From the NCBI GenBank assembly GCA_024653775.1, contig JANLHZ010000037.1, forward strand, positions 1-64,000: a stretch of 64,000 nucleotides of DNA, in the 5' to 3' direction. The translations under genes and the position numbers were made by a program. The stretch's first letter is position 1; every line of letters begins with the position of its first letter. Positions 55,521 through 64,000 of this stretch are shown in pieces. Under the pieces are notes generated by a model that searched no databases, was not told the origin of the DNA, and was given only the letters and a program-made list of their open reading frames with translations. Source of the DNA: Planctomycetota bacterium (lineage in GTDB: Bacteria; Planctomycetota; UBA8742; JACQVU01; JANLHZ01).

Positions 55521-57143
55521 GTGTGCAGTCCCAGGAACAAAGTGCAGTCAATCGCCATAAATCGACCGCCGGAGACGAGCGACAGACTTTTCCGGAAAGC
55601 CGTGTCGTCGCTGAAAATCGTCAGCGTCGCTACGTTCCTTTCCCGCATCCTCGGGCTTGTGCGCGACATGGCGCTCGCGTTCGTTTTCGGCGCGACGTGG
55701 GTCACGGACGCTTTCGTGATCGCGTACGTCGTCCCGAATCTCTCGCGCCGGATTTTCGGCGAAGGCGCGATGACGAGCGCGTTCATTCCGGAGTTCGCCA
55801 ATGCGCAGTCGAAGGAAGGCAAAGCCGCGGCGGAAAGTCTCCTCGGGAACGTGCTGACGTACCTTACGCTCATTCTGGTCGCACTCTCTCTGCTGATCGC
55901 TCTCGTCGCCTTGCTCTGGTCCTACGGCTTCGTGAATGACGACAGCACCGGACTCGCCCTCGTCCTGCTTTTGATACTTCTGCCATCGATGGTGTTCCTC
56001 TGCTCAGCGGCGGTGATCTCGGGCGCGCTGAACACACTCGGTAGATTCCTCTACCCCGCGCTCGCGCCCGCGGTGCAGAACGTCGCCTGGATCGCGGCGA
56101 TCTTCGCGGCGTACATCATTTTCAGCGGAGAGGTCGCGCGGGTCATCGTGATGTCACTCGGTGTGGTTCTCGGAACCGCGATTTCCCTCGCGATTCTCGC
56201 CCTCGACCTCCGCGGCAAGGGCTACCGGATCGTCCCGAGTTTCGCGCTCAGCCCGCGGCTGAAAAAGATCGCGCTGCTGATGGCGCCATCGATACTCGGG
56301 ATCGCGGTGTTCCAGGTGAACACGTTCCTCGACTCGATTTTCGCGTGGGTCTTCGTCGAAGGCAGCGGCGCAGCGGCGCACCTCTACTACGGAAACCGTC
56401 TGATGCAGTTCCCGCTCGCGATGATCGGAGTCGCGATGAGCACCGCGGTATTCCCGCTGCTTTCGAAACTCGCGTCGACCGGCGAAAACGCGAGGTTCCG
56501 CGAAATAGTCGTGAAGTCGCTCCGTATGGTGCTGTTTCTGACTATCCCCGCCGCGGTGGGTCTATTCATGATCGCGGGAGACGTGGTGCGCGTCTTTTTC
56601 GCTAACGGTTCGTTTACGGACGACGCCGCGGACCGGACGATAACCGTCACGTGGTGCTACGTGCTCGGGCTTACGTTCACGTGCGTCCAGATAGTCGTGA
56701 CGAAGTGTTTCCACGCCCGTGGAGAGCCAAAGACGCCTATGCGGGTCGCGCTCTGGCTCGTCGGTCTGAACCTCGTCATGAACCTCATTCTCGTCCGGAC
56801 TCCGCTGGCGGAGGCGGGGCTTGCGCTTTCGACGAGCGTCTGCGCGGCGATCGGCGTGGCGATGCTTCTCTGGAGGCTCCGCACCCTGGTCGGCGGACTC
56901 GAACTACGGCTTGCGATCCGCCCGCTTTTACAGAGCGCTTTCGCGTCCGCGCTGATGGTCGCCATGTTCTGGATTACGAAATTCGGACTCGCGGGCGTGT
57001 TCGCGAGAATGGGCGCCGGCAGAGACGTGCTGGAGCTGTTTCTGCTCGTCAGCGGCGCCGTCGCGAGCGCGGCGTTCTATTTCGCGTTTATGTACGTCGT
57101 CGGCTCGCGGGAACTGGACGAACTTCTGAACCGACCGGCGTAG
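55521..57143 (+). CDS. murJ: lipid II flippase MurJ
   Basis: ATFLSRILGLVRDMALAFVFG N-terminal signature and 14 TM helices. Confidence 0.85.
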   Translation: MCSPRNKVQSIAINRPPETSDRLFRKAVSSLKIVSVATFLSRILGLVRDMALAFVFGATWVTDAFVIAYVVPNLSRRIFGEGAMTSAFIPEFANAQSKEGKAAAESLLGNVLTYLTLILVALSLLIALVALLWSYGFVNDDSTGLALVLLLILLPSMVFLCSAAVISGALNTLGRFLYPALAPAVQNVAWIAAIFAAYIIFSGEVARVIVMSLGVVLGTAISLAILALDLRGKGYRIVPSFALSPRLKKIALLMAPSILGIAVFQVNTFLDSIFAWVFVEGSGAAAHLYYGNRLMQFPLAMIGVAMSTAVFPLLSKLASTGENARFREIVVKSLRMVLFLTIPAAVGLFMIAGDVVRVFFANGSFTDDAADRTITVTWCYVLGLTFTCVQIVVTKCFHARGEPKTPMRVALWLVGLNLVMNLILVRTPLAEAGLALSTSVCAAIGVAMLLWRLRTLVGGLELRLAIRPLLQSAFASALMVAMFWITKFGLAGVFARMGAGRDVLELFLLVSGAVASAAFYFAFMYVVGSRELDELLNRPA

Positions 57144-57217
57144 ATGTTATCTGAATCTTCGCGGTGCGTGACACGAACGTCCCGTCTTATCGTACTACAC
57201 ATCCTCTACGCGCCTGA

Positions 57218-57258
57218 ATTACATTTTATTCGTACCGTCTACGAATTAATTGTAATAT
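57218..57258. repeat. PE-1 copy 6
   Basis: attacattttattcgtaccgtctacgaattaattgtaatat, between the convergent murJ and ABC-2 permease genes. Confidence 0.7.
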
Positions 57259-57391
57259 CCTCCTTTCAGTTCCACGAAGCTAATGTTCCTCCAACTTTCA
57301 CTGACCCACCTTCTCTATTTTAAATAGCCACAAAGATCGCATAGAACATTTTCGACCCGGTGGAAGCAGGTGGGACGCCACGCTACGCGCA

Positions 57392-59650
57392 CTAGCTATA
57401 CTTAAGCCAGCGGAGCATTTCGCTCAGCTTCGGGGGCTTACCGTACATCAGGATGCCGATACGGAATATCTTGCCCGCGAGGAAAAGCACTATGATCGCG
57501 CTGACGATCATCACGAAGATGTTGATCGCAATTTCGATCCAGCCGGGCGGGGTGTCGGTCGAGATTCGAGCGAGCATCAGAATGGGCGCGGTCAGCGGGA
57601 AGTGACTCAGCGCCACCGCGATTCCGCCCGACGGGTCCTGCGCGACCATCGGAGTGAACATCACGGGCAGCACGATGAACATATTGATCGGACCGACGAG
57701 GTTCTGCGCTTCCTTCAGGGTGTTGCAGACGCTTCCCACCGCCGCGATCATCGCGCTGAACAGTATGAAGCCGAGTACGAAGTACACGATCATGAATACG
57801 ATCGACGACGTCGAAACGAAGCCGCTGAACGTTTCGAAGCTGAACGCTGTGCTTCCCGCGAAGTAGCCGCCCGCGCCCCAGATGCAAAGCAGCGTGAATC
57901 CGACGAGTCCGAGGCCGACGATTTTTCCCGTCATCAGTTCCGTGGGCGTGACGCTCGACAGCAGCACTTCGATGATGCGGTTGCCCTTCTCCTCGATCAC
58001 GCTCGTTAAAAGCAACTGGCTGCTCATCATTATCCCTATCAGCAGCAGCAGTCCAAAGACGTAGGGTACGAACATCGTCGCGATCTGAGTTCCCTTGCCG
58101 ACGACTTCGCCTGTTGTGAGATCGCGGAACTGTGCGCTTACTCGAATGTTCGAGGCGGAGATGTCGCTCTGCATTCGAATGTTCCATAGCTGCATTTTGA
58201 AAAGCGCGAGAAGCTGGTTCTCGATCGTCCTGTCCGCGTCGGCGCTACGCGAGACGTTCCAGGTGACGCTGTCTTTCGCGGGCGCGTTTGCGTTCGATAT
58301 GAACGATCTGCGCACCACGAGAAACGCGTCGAGTTTTCCATCGAGCATCTGGTTTTCGAAAATTCCGAGCGCGTCCTCGAAAGTGGTCAGAGCCGGGCTT
58401 TCATCGGTTTCGTTCGCGCCGGGAAGCATCTTGCCGTCGATGCCCCAGAGCCGCAGTACGAGGTCCTCCATCGTCCCGGAGCCTTCAAGCGCGGGCGGCA
58501 CGAAATCCGCTAGCCGCCACTCGTCCGAGATAGCTTCGAAGTCGATCACCGGAAACTCCTGCAGGTTGATGCTGCCTTCGCCGTAAATTTCCTCGAGCCT
58601 TCGGATTTCCGCGAGCTGCCTTTCCAGCGCTTCGGAGTTCGCCTCCGGATCCGTCGCGTCGACGCTCAGCGACGCCTCCGCGAGAATCTTCTCCACGCGT
58701 TCGAACGCCGCGCGGATCATTGGCAGCACGATCCCCGTTTCGTCGAGAATGTGGAACCTGCGCTTCTGCTTCGCGGCTGCGTCCGCGAAAAGTTCGGCGA
58801 TACGATCCGCGACTGCGTCGAAATCGCCCTCGTCGCGGGATTCTCCGGACGTCCCGGGCTGGCGCGGAGTCCTGCTTCCGGAAGGCGTAGGGTTGTCCTG
58901 CGGCGCGCTTTCGCTCCGCGGTCCGCCGCCGCTCTGCCGTTCTGGATCGCCGGGATTGTTCGCGCCGGACTGGTTTTCGTTCCCGCTGAACACAGGCACG
59001 TCTTCGACGTTGATGTTCAGACGGTTCCGCGCGAGGTCGGCGCGCACCTTGCGCTCGATAACGAGTTTCTGTGAGTCCGCGGGATGAAGCAGCGCCATGC
59101 GCGAAGTGAACGCCTGCATCCGAAGCGGCTTCCTTAGAGTCGTGAGCCAGCCGGAGACGGTGCCGCGGAGATTCGCCTCGGCCTTGTTCAGCGAATAGTA
59201 CTCGACCGCGGACCCTTCTTCCGCGGCGTCGTCGTCGGTCAGAAATTCCGGCCTGACGATGAAGAATCCGAAGAGCTTCTTATCCGCGCCGAGTTCGCCG
59301 TTCTGATCGTCCTGTTTCAGTTTTTCGAGAAGCTCGTCTTTCAGGCCGGTGAGCTTTGCGTTCAGCGCGTCGCCCGTCAAGTCCGAGGCGATCTTCGGAT
59401 CGTAATCGAGCAGATGGAGTTTCGTCTCCGCGGTTTCGTTGTAGACTTCGATGTGCTTCTCGATCATCTTGTCGAGACCAAGCCCCGATGCGTCGACAAG
59501 GATGAACGCGCGGTCCTTCGCGACCATCAGCCCTTGCGCGCCGACCGCGATAAGTATCAGCAGCGGCGTAAGGATGATCCCTATGATGAAGGCTTTCGTC
59601 TTGACGTTTTCGACGTACTCGCGCGCGGCGATTTTCCAGATTTTTCTCAT
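57392..59650 (-). CDS. large ABC-2 type transporter permease (NatB/YhaP-like); no ATPase gene adjacent in the window
   Basis: 752 aa. N-terminal TM helix, a large extracytoplasmic domain with a Gly/Ser/Pro-rich insert, and a C-terminal 5-TM ABC-2 module. Confidence 0.7.
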   Translation of the reverse strand: MRKIWKIAAREYVENVKTKAFIIGIILTPLLILIAVGAQGLMVAKDRAFILVDASGLGLDKMIEKHIEVYNETAETKLHLLDYDPKIASDLTGDALNAKLTGLKDELLEKLKQDDQNGELGADKKLFGFFIVRPEFLTDDDAAEEGSAVEYYSLNKAEANLRGTVSGWLTTLRKPLRMQAFTSRMALLHPADSQKLVIERKVRADLARNRLNINVEDVPVFSGNENQSGANNPGDPERQSGGGPRSESAPQDNPTPSGSRTPRQPGTSGESRDEGDFDAVADRIAELFADAAAKQKRRFHILDETGIVLPMIRAAFERVEKILAEASLSVDATDPEANSEALERQLAEIRRLEEIYGEGSINLQEFPVIDFEAISDEWRLADFVPPALEGSGTMEDLVLRLWGIDGKMLPGANETDESPALTTFEDALGIFENQMLDGKLDAFLVVRRSFISNANAPAKDSVTWNVSRSADADRTIENQLLALFKMQLWNIRMQSDISASNIRVSAQFRDLTTGEVVGKGTQIATMFVPYVFGLLLLIGIMMSSQLLLTSVIEEKGNRIIEVLLSSVTPTELMTGKIVGLGLVGFTLLCIWGAGGYFAGSTAFSFETFSGFVSTSSIVFMIVYFVLGFILFSAMIAAVGSVCNTLKEAQNLVGPINMFIVLPVMFTPMVAQDPSGGIAVALSHFPLTAPILMLARISTDTPPGWIEIAINIFVMIVSAIIVLFLAGKIFRIGILMYGKPPKLSEMLRWLKYS

Positions 59651-59777
59651 AATGTCTTCGAAGTCAGCGGGAATTAGCGAATGTCCACAGGTGCGAACAG
59701 GTTAACACAGGAGAGAGCGGCCGGAACCAAAATACTATCAGATTCCGCGGAATTGGCTCCGCTCGGCTCTAAGGTGT

Positions 59778-59949
59778 CGTGTCAAAATAAGTTTACGGAT
59801 TTCACGCTCAGATTTGCGTCAGGTTCGCTTTGCACGAGGAAGCCAAACCGAAGGCGTAGCTATAGTTCCGTTGAGGATTTGGCGACCGAGTGCGAAGCGA
59901 AGATGGCGTGAAGATGTGATGTGAAAACGTCAACTTATTTTGACACACG
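59778..59949. mobile_element. MITE-like element RPT-3, copy 2 (terminal inverted repeats, CGTGTCAAAATAAGTT)
   Basis: About 80% identical to 26587-26765 over the 120-bp core. Overlaps the 3' end of the sigma factor ORF. Confidence 0.6.
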
Positions 59950-60214
59950 TCCTTAGTTGCGCCCCGGCTTTCTTGTTCGCGCGGTAGTGGTCGAATATCT
60001 TGTTGCGAAGGATTCCGATCAGCCAGGTAAGAGCCGACGATCTATTCTCGAAGCGCTCCAGGGACTTCATGGCAGCGAGGAACGTCTCCTGAACGAGATC
60101 CTCCGCGACGTCCTGTTTCTGAACCCGCGAACAGGCGTAGGCAAAGAGTTCATTCGCATGATTCGTCACGAGATCGTCGATTTCTGAAACTCTATCGGCC
60201 ACGTTATCCTCCAT
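59930..60214 (-). CDS. ECF-type sigma-70 factor fragment (region 2 only; region 4 absent), probably 3'-truncated by RPT-3 insertion
   Basis: Start MEDNVADRV. Sigma-2 motifs (DLVQETFLAAMKSLERF, TWLIGILRNKIFDHYR). The last 7 codons (RTCVKIS*) are encoded by the RPT-3 terminal inverted repeat. Confidence 0.55.
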   Translation of the reverse strand: MEDNVADRVSEIDDLVTNHANELFAYACSRVQKQDVAEDLVQETFLAAMKSLERFENRSSALTWLIGILRNKIFDHYRANKKAGAQLRTCVKIS

Positions 60215-60285
60215 AGCGCCAGAAATAATTATCTCAAACTCGAAAATGTTTGCAATGAATAGAGGAGATATTCGAACTAACAAAC

Positions 60286-60927
60286 ATGGAAACTTCCGGC
60301 AATGAGTCTGTCAGGCTGAAAAAGAAATACAGATGGACTTCCCTCGTTTACGACATTCTCGATTACCCGTGGGAACGCCTTTACAGGAAATGGCGACCGA
60401 AAATCCTTGAAAACGTGCGGGGTGACGTTATCGAAGCAGGCGTCGGTACTGGCAGGAACCTCTCTCATTACAGTTCTGATGTCAATCTGACCGCGATCGA
60501 TTTGTCGCCTTCAATGCTCGACCGCGCTTCGCGCAGGAAGAAGAAGGCGAAGTGCGACGTGACGTTGATCTGCGCGGACGCGACCGTACTACATCATATC
60601 CCGGAAAACTCCTTCGACTGGTACGTATCGACTTTCCTTTACTGTGTTTTGCCTGCCCCGCTACAGACTCCCGCGATTTCGGAGATGCGACGCATCCTGA
60701 AGCCCGGTGGCAAGTTCAAGTTGCTTGAAATGATCTATTCGGCAGACAAGAAGATTCGCGAGCGTCAGATGAGATTCGCAAAGTTCGTAGAGAAAGTCTA
60801 CGGCGCGAGGTTCGACCGGGGCACTCTCGAAGTAATCGAAGGAATCGAGGGTCTTGAAATTACATCGACAAGATTCCTGAAAGACGATGTCTATCTTTTG
60901 ATCGAAGGACGGAAAACCGATGCATGA
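60286..60927 (+). CDS. class I SAM-dependent methyltransferase
   Basis: Motif I VIEAGVGTGRNL. 213 aa. Confidence 0.8.
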   Translation: METSGNESVRLKKKYRWTSLVYDILDYPWERLYRKWRPKILENVRGDVIEAGVGTGRNLSHYSSDVNLTAIDLSPSMLDRASRRKKKAKCDVTLICADATVLHHIPENSFDWYVSTFLYCVLPAPLQTPAISEMRRILKPGGKFKLLEMIYSADKKIRERQMRFAKFVEKVYGARFDRGTLEVIEGIEGLEITSTRFLKDDVYLLIEGRKTDA

Positions 60928-61630
60928 AGCTTCGATGACAAATAAACGCGACGCTCTCCCGAGGATACTTCTCAGCCTATTTATAATCGGCGGCATCGTC
61001 CTCGCGGTCGTATTCAGGGATGCGTTCGACATCGGCGCAATTCGTGAATGGATCGACTCCCAGGGGGCAATGGGACCGATAGTTTTTATCCTTGCTTACG
61101 CCGTCGCGACGATCGTGTTCGCTCCGGGATCGGTCTTCACGCTCGCAGGCGGAGCGATGTTCGGACCGATCCTGGGGACGCTTTACAGCATAACCGGCGC
61201 GACACTCGGCGCGTCCCTGGCATTTCTCATATCGAGATTCGTCGCGGGAGACTTTGTTTCGAGAAAAGCGGGATACAGGCTCCAAAAACTCGTAGCGGGA
61301 GTGGAAGAAGAGGGCTGGAGGTTCGTGGCGTTTCTTAGGCTAGTGCCGATTTTTCCGTTCAATTTCGTGAATTACGTTCTAGGGCTTACGCGAGTCGGAT
61401 TCTGGTCGTACATGATAGCTTCGTTCATCTTTATGCTGCCTGGGTGTTTCGCTTATACATATCTCGGATACGCCGGCGCGTCGGCGGCAACAGGCGACGA
61501 AAACTGGATCGAGGCGTTTCTGATCGCCTTGGGGATTCTTGCCGCGATTACCTTTATCACCAGGTCGATCAAAAGGAAGCGTCTGGCGACACAAGAAAAA
61601 AAATCTGAAAATCGGCGCTTGACTCCGTAG
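60920..61630 (+). CDS. TVP38/TMEM64 (DedA-related) family membrane protein
   Basis: FAPGSVFTLAGGAMFG..LGASLAFLISRF signature. 8-nt overlap with the upstream gene. Confidence 0.8.
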   Translation: MHEASMTNKRDALPRILLSLFIIGGIVLAVVFRDAFDIGAIREWIDSQGAMGPIVFILAYAVATIVFAPGSVFTLAGGAMFGPILGTLYSITGATLGASLAFLISRFVAGDFVSRKAGYRLQKLVAGVEEEGWRFVAFLRLVPIFPFNFVNYVLGLTRVGFWSYMIASFIFMLPGCFAYTYLGYAGASAATGDENWIEAFLIALGILAAITFITRSIKRKRLATQEKKSENRRLTP

Positions 61631-61656
61631 TCAGATACGGAGGTTAGACTACCTGT

Positions 61657-62103
61657 ATGAAACGAGAAGAAATAAAAAATCTAACCATCGGAAGACTCGC
61701 TGAAGCGGCGGGTGTGAATGTCGAGACAATACGCTACTATCAGCGGGAGGGACTGATTCGCGAGCCTGTTAAACCGCTGTCGGGATACAGGGTATATTCG
61801 CCGGATTCAGCGGCAAGGCTCGGATTTATAAAGCGGGCGAAGGAGCTTGGCTTCACGCTCAGGGAAATTCGCGAGCTTCTCTCGCTTAGCCTCGAGGAAG
61901 CGCCTTGCGAGAGCGTCCGCACTCGAGCGGAATATAAAATCGACGAGATCGATAAAAAGATATCGGATTTGAAAGCGATCAGAAAATCCCTCGCGAAACT
62001 CGTTGGGGGAGTGCAAGGCAAGCGGATCAGGGTCCGACTGCGCGATTCTGGATGCGATCAAAGACGAAAATCCCTGCGGGAACGGTTCCCGCGGGTAGCT
62101 TGA
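61657..62103 (+). CDS. MerR-family transcriptional regulator
   Basis: N-terminal HTH LTIGRLAEAAGVNVETIRYYQREGLI. 148 aa. Confidence 0.85.
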   Translation: MKREEIKNLTIGRLAEAAGVNVETIRYYQREGLIREPVKPLSGYRVYSPDSAARLGFIKRAKELGFTLREIRELLSLSLEEAPCESVRTRAEYKIDEIDKKISDLKAIRKSLAKLVGGVQGKRIRVRLRDSGCDQRRKSLRERFPRVA

Positions 62104-62130
62104 CCATTTTTTTGAGAAGGAGAACGTGAC

Positions 62131-62298
62131 ATGAAAAAACTGATTGGAATAGCGGCGATTTTTACGCTTATCGGCGTGGGAGCCGTTTACGGTGCTTCGG
62201 TATTCGGAAGCAATGTTGAAAGCGAATCTGGCTACATCTGCCCGCTGACCGGAGAAGAGCTTCCATGCCCGAAGTGCTGTCCGTCGAATGGAGAATGA
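62131..62298 (+). CDS. small secreted Cys-rich peptide (55 aa, CPLTGEELPCPKCCP)
   Basis: Not in the ORF track because it is under 60 aa. GGAGAA ribosome-binding site 7 nt upstream. Signal peptide MKKLIGIAAIFTLIGVGAVYGAS. Confidence 0.5.
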   Translation: MKKLIGIAAIFTLIGVGAVYGASVFGSNVESESGYICPLTGEELPCPKCCPSNGE

Positions 62299-62392
62299 AG
62301 GACCCGCGACGGCTGCTTGGAATCGAGAGCACGCGCCAGGCACCTAAAAAGTGCCTGGCACGTTTAAAAGTAAAACTACAGGAGAAAGTAAA

Positions 62393-63544
62393 GTGAACAA
62401 ATGTCCATGCTGCGAAACCACCGGAAAAGTCGTGAGCGCGCTAACGGTCGAATCGCTGGTAGCTGCTTCAAGGTATGAAGAATATGAATCCAGGGAAGGC
62501 TTCAGGTTCTGTCCGGAGCCGTCATGCGAAGTGGTCTACTTTAAGCAAGGTAGCAGAGACGAAGCCTTGGTACTGACGAAGTGGGATCTGAAAGTCCGCG
62601 TCGGCGTGAAGGAAAGGACTTCGCCTCGTCCGGTGTGCTACTGCTTCGATCATACGATCGAGGAGATTCAGGATGAAGTTGCGCGAACCGGCGACAGCGT
62701 GATTCTTGGCGATATCCGTGAAAAATGCAGACAGGGTCTCGATCGGTGCGAGATGGCGAATCCGAAGGGATCGTGCTGTCTTGGCGACGTTGCGAAGGCG
62801 ATAAAGGACGCGAAAAAGGAAGCGGGGATTTTGAGTGACGATTCAAAGGAACCCGGACACGATTGCTGCGGAAGTGGCACGGACGTCTCGTCCTTGAAGG
62901 ATGGGAGTGCAGACGTCTCGTCTGCGCACAATCGTAAAGCTGCCGGCGAGACGCCTGCAGTCCCATCGTGGACGATGGCAGGTTCGCTGCTCACCGCGAT
63001 ACTTGCGAGCGCGTGCTGCTGGCTGCCATTGCTATCAGTTGCGCTTGGATTCAGCGCGGGCGGCGCGGGAGCGGTTTTCGAGAGATACAGATTTCCGCTG
63101 CTCGCGATCTCCTGTATTTTCCTCGCGGCGGGTTTCTATTTTCTCTATCTCAGAAAGGGAAAATGCGCGGAAGGAAGCGCGTGTGCGGTGCCAAACCGGA
63201 AGACGAAAACCATGAGCCACGTATCCTTCTGGGCTGCAGCAATCCTAATCGGAGCGTTCGCGCTTTTCCCGAATTACGTAGGCGCGTTTATCGGAGGAGA
63301 TTCAGCAGATCTGCCCGCGGATGTCACGGAATACGCATCGTTCGTGACACTTTCGATCGAAGGCATGACCTGCGAAGCCTGCGCCTCCAACATAAGCAGG
63401 TTACTCGCTAACGAGAACGGTGTTGTGCGCGTCGAAATAGACTATGACAAATCCATCGCCAGAATCTGGTACGTCGGGACGGATACGCCAGAGTTGATTC
63501 GTGCAATTGAATCTCTCGGGTATGGAGCCAATCATGTCGATTAA
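62393..63544 (+). CDS. MerT-like transporter fused to a C-terminal MerP-like HMA domain and an N-terminal Cys-rich (zinc-ribbon plus BFD-like CxC..CxxxxC) cytoplasmic domain
   Basis: GTG start with AGGAG 8 nt upstream. TM1 carries the ASACCWLPLL Cys pair, the loop carries CAEGSAC, and the C-terminus carries EGMTCEACASNI (GMTCxxC). Confidence 0.65.
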   Translation: MNKCPCCETTGKVVSALTVESLVAASRYEEYESREGFRFCPEPSCEVVYFKQGSRDEALVLTKWDLKVRVGVKERTSPRPVCYCFDHTIEEIQDEVARTGDSVILGDIREKCRQGLDRCEMANPKGSCCLGDVAKAIKDAKKEAGILSDDSKEPGHDCCGSGTDVSSLKDGSADVSSAHNRKAAGETPAVPSWTMAGSLLTAILASACCWLPLLSVALGFSAGGAGAVFERYRFPLLAISCIFLAAGFYFLYLRKGKCAEGSACAVPNRKTKTMSHVSFWAAAILIGAFALFPNYVGAFIGGDSADLPADVTEYASFVTLSIEGMTCEACASNISRLLANENGVVRVEIDYDKSIARIWYVGTDTPELIRAIESLGYGANHVD

Positions 63545-63588
63545 GAAATTTGATGGAAGCGTGCGTTCTTTCCCGAACGTTTAATAAT

Positions 63589-64000
63589 ATGATCGTAGCA
63601 AGTTCGGACGATGAGCTTGTTTCACTGGGCGTCGGCAGAGATTGTCTTCCAGACGTTACCGGTGAAGAACTTCCTTTCGCGCTTTTCAAAATGGCAATTG
63701 GCAACACGGATCAATTCTATATTTCGCTCGATAGTTTCAGCGACTTCCGGGGAATAATCGACCCAGCGCATTTCCGCGCGGCTCCGGAAAACTGGGTTGT
63801 CGTCGTTACGGACGTGATAAACTCGACAAAAGCGATCGAGGAAGGACGATTTCGAGATGTGAACACAATAGGCGCAGCCGCGATCGCATCCGTTCGAAAC
63901 GCGCTCGAAGGGTTCGAGTTCCCGTTTGTATTCGGCGGAGACGGCGCGACGCTCCTCGTTCCGGACTCTTTCGCCGAAAGGGCGAGACGCGCGCTTGGAG
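63589..64000 (+). CDS. hypothetical protein, 3' partial (runs off the window)
   Basis: An open frame starting MIVASSDDELVSLG continues to the end of the window. Confidence 0.4.
   Translation, partial: MIVASSDDELVSLGVGRDCLPDVTGEELPFALFKMAIGNTDQFYISLDSFSDFRGIIDPAHFRAAPENWVVVVTDVINSTKAIEEGRFRDVNTIGAAAIASVRNALEGFEFPFVFGGDGATLLVPDSFAERARRALG

Overview
GC-rich (about 65% GC) bacterial chromosomal fragment, probably from an uncultivated lineage. No rRNA, tRNA, CRISPR, transposase or integrase was recognised. Housekeeping genes include mutS, trxB, murJ, ybeY, a class-I aspartate aminotransferase, thiolase, fatty-acid--CoA ligase, a LeuA-like synthase, a peroxiredoxin and pterin-4a-carbinolamine dehydratase. 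Five accessory systems are interleaved with them. (1) A minus-strand operon of 8 genes at 34.5-47.2 kb looks like an extracellular-electron-transfer pathway. It encodes a membrane cytochrome c, a 4x[4Fe-4S] ferredoxin, an NrfD-like quinol subunit, an outer-membrane beta-barrel, and four multiheme cytochromes with about 15, 17, 11 and 8 CxxCH motifs, one of them about 1560 aa. (2) A 2245-aa repetitive surface protein with Fn3 domains lies immediately downstream. (3) A lysine 2,3-aminomutase gene is followed by two ATP-grasp ligase genes, one fused to a GNAT acetyltransferase. (4) A MerR-regulated unit encodes a small Cys-rich peptide and a MerT/MerP-like fusion with an extra Cys-rich N-terminal domain. 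(5) At least four families of small intergenic repeats are present: a palindromic 40-bp element, two MITE-like elements with terminal inverted repeats, and heptanucleotide tandem arrays. One MITE-like copy appears to truncate an ECF sigma factor gene. Gene coordinates were adjusted from the ORF track where ribosome-binding sites or signal peptides indicated a different start.
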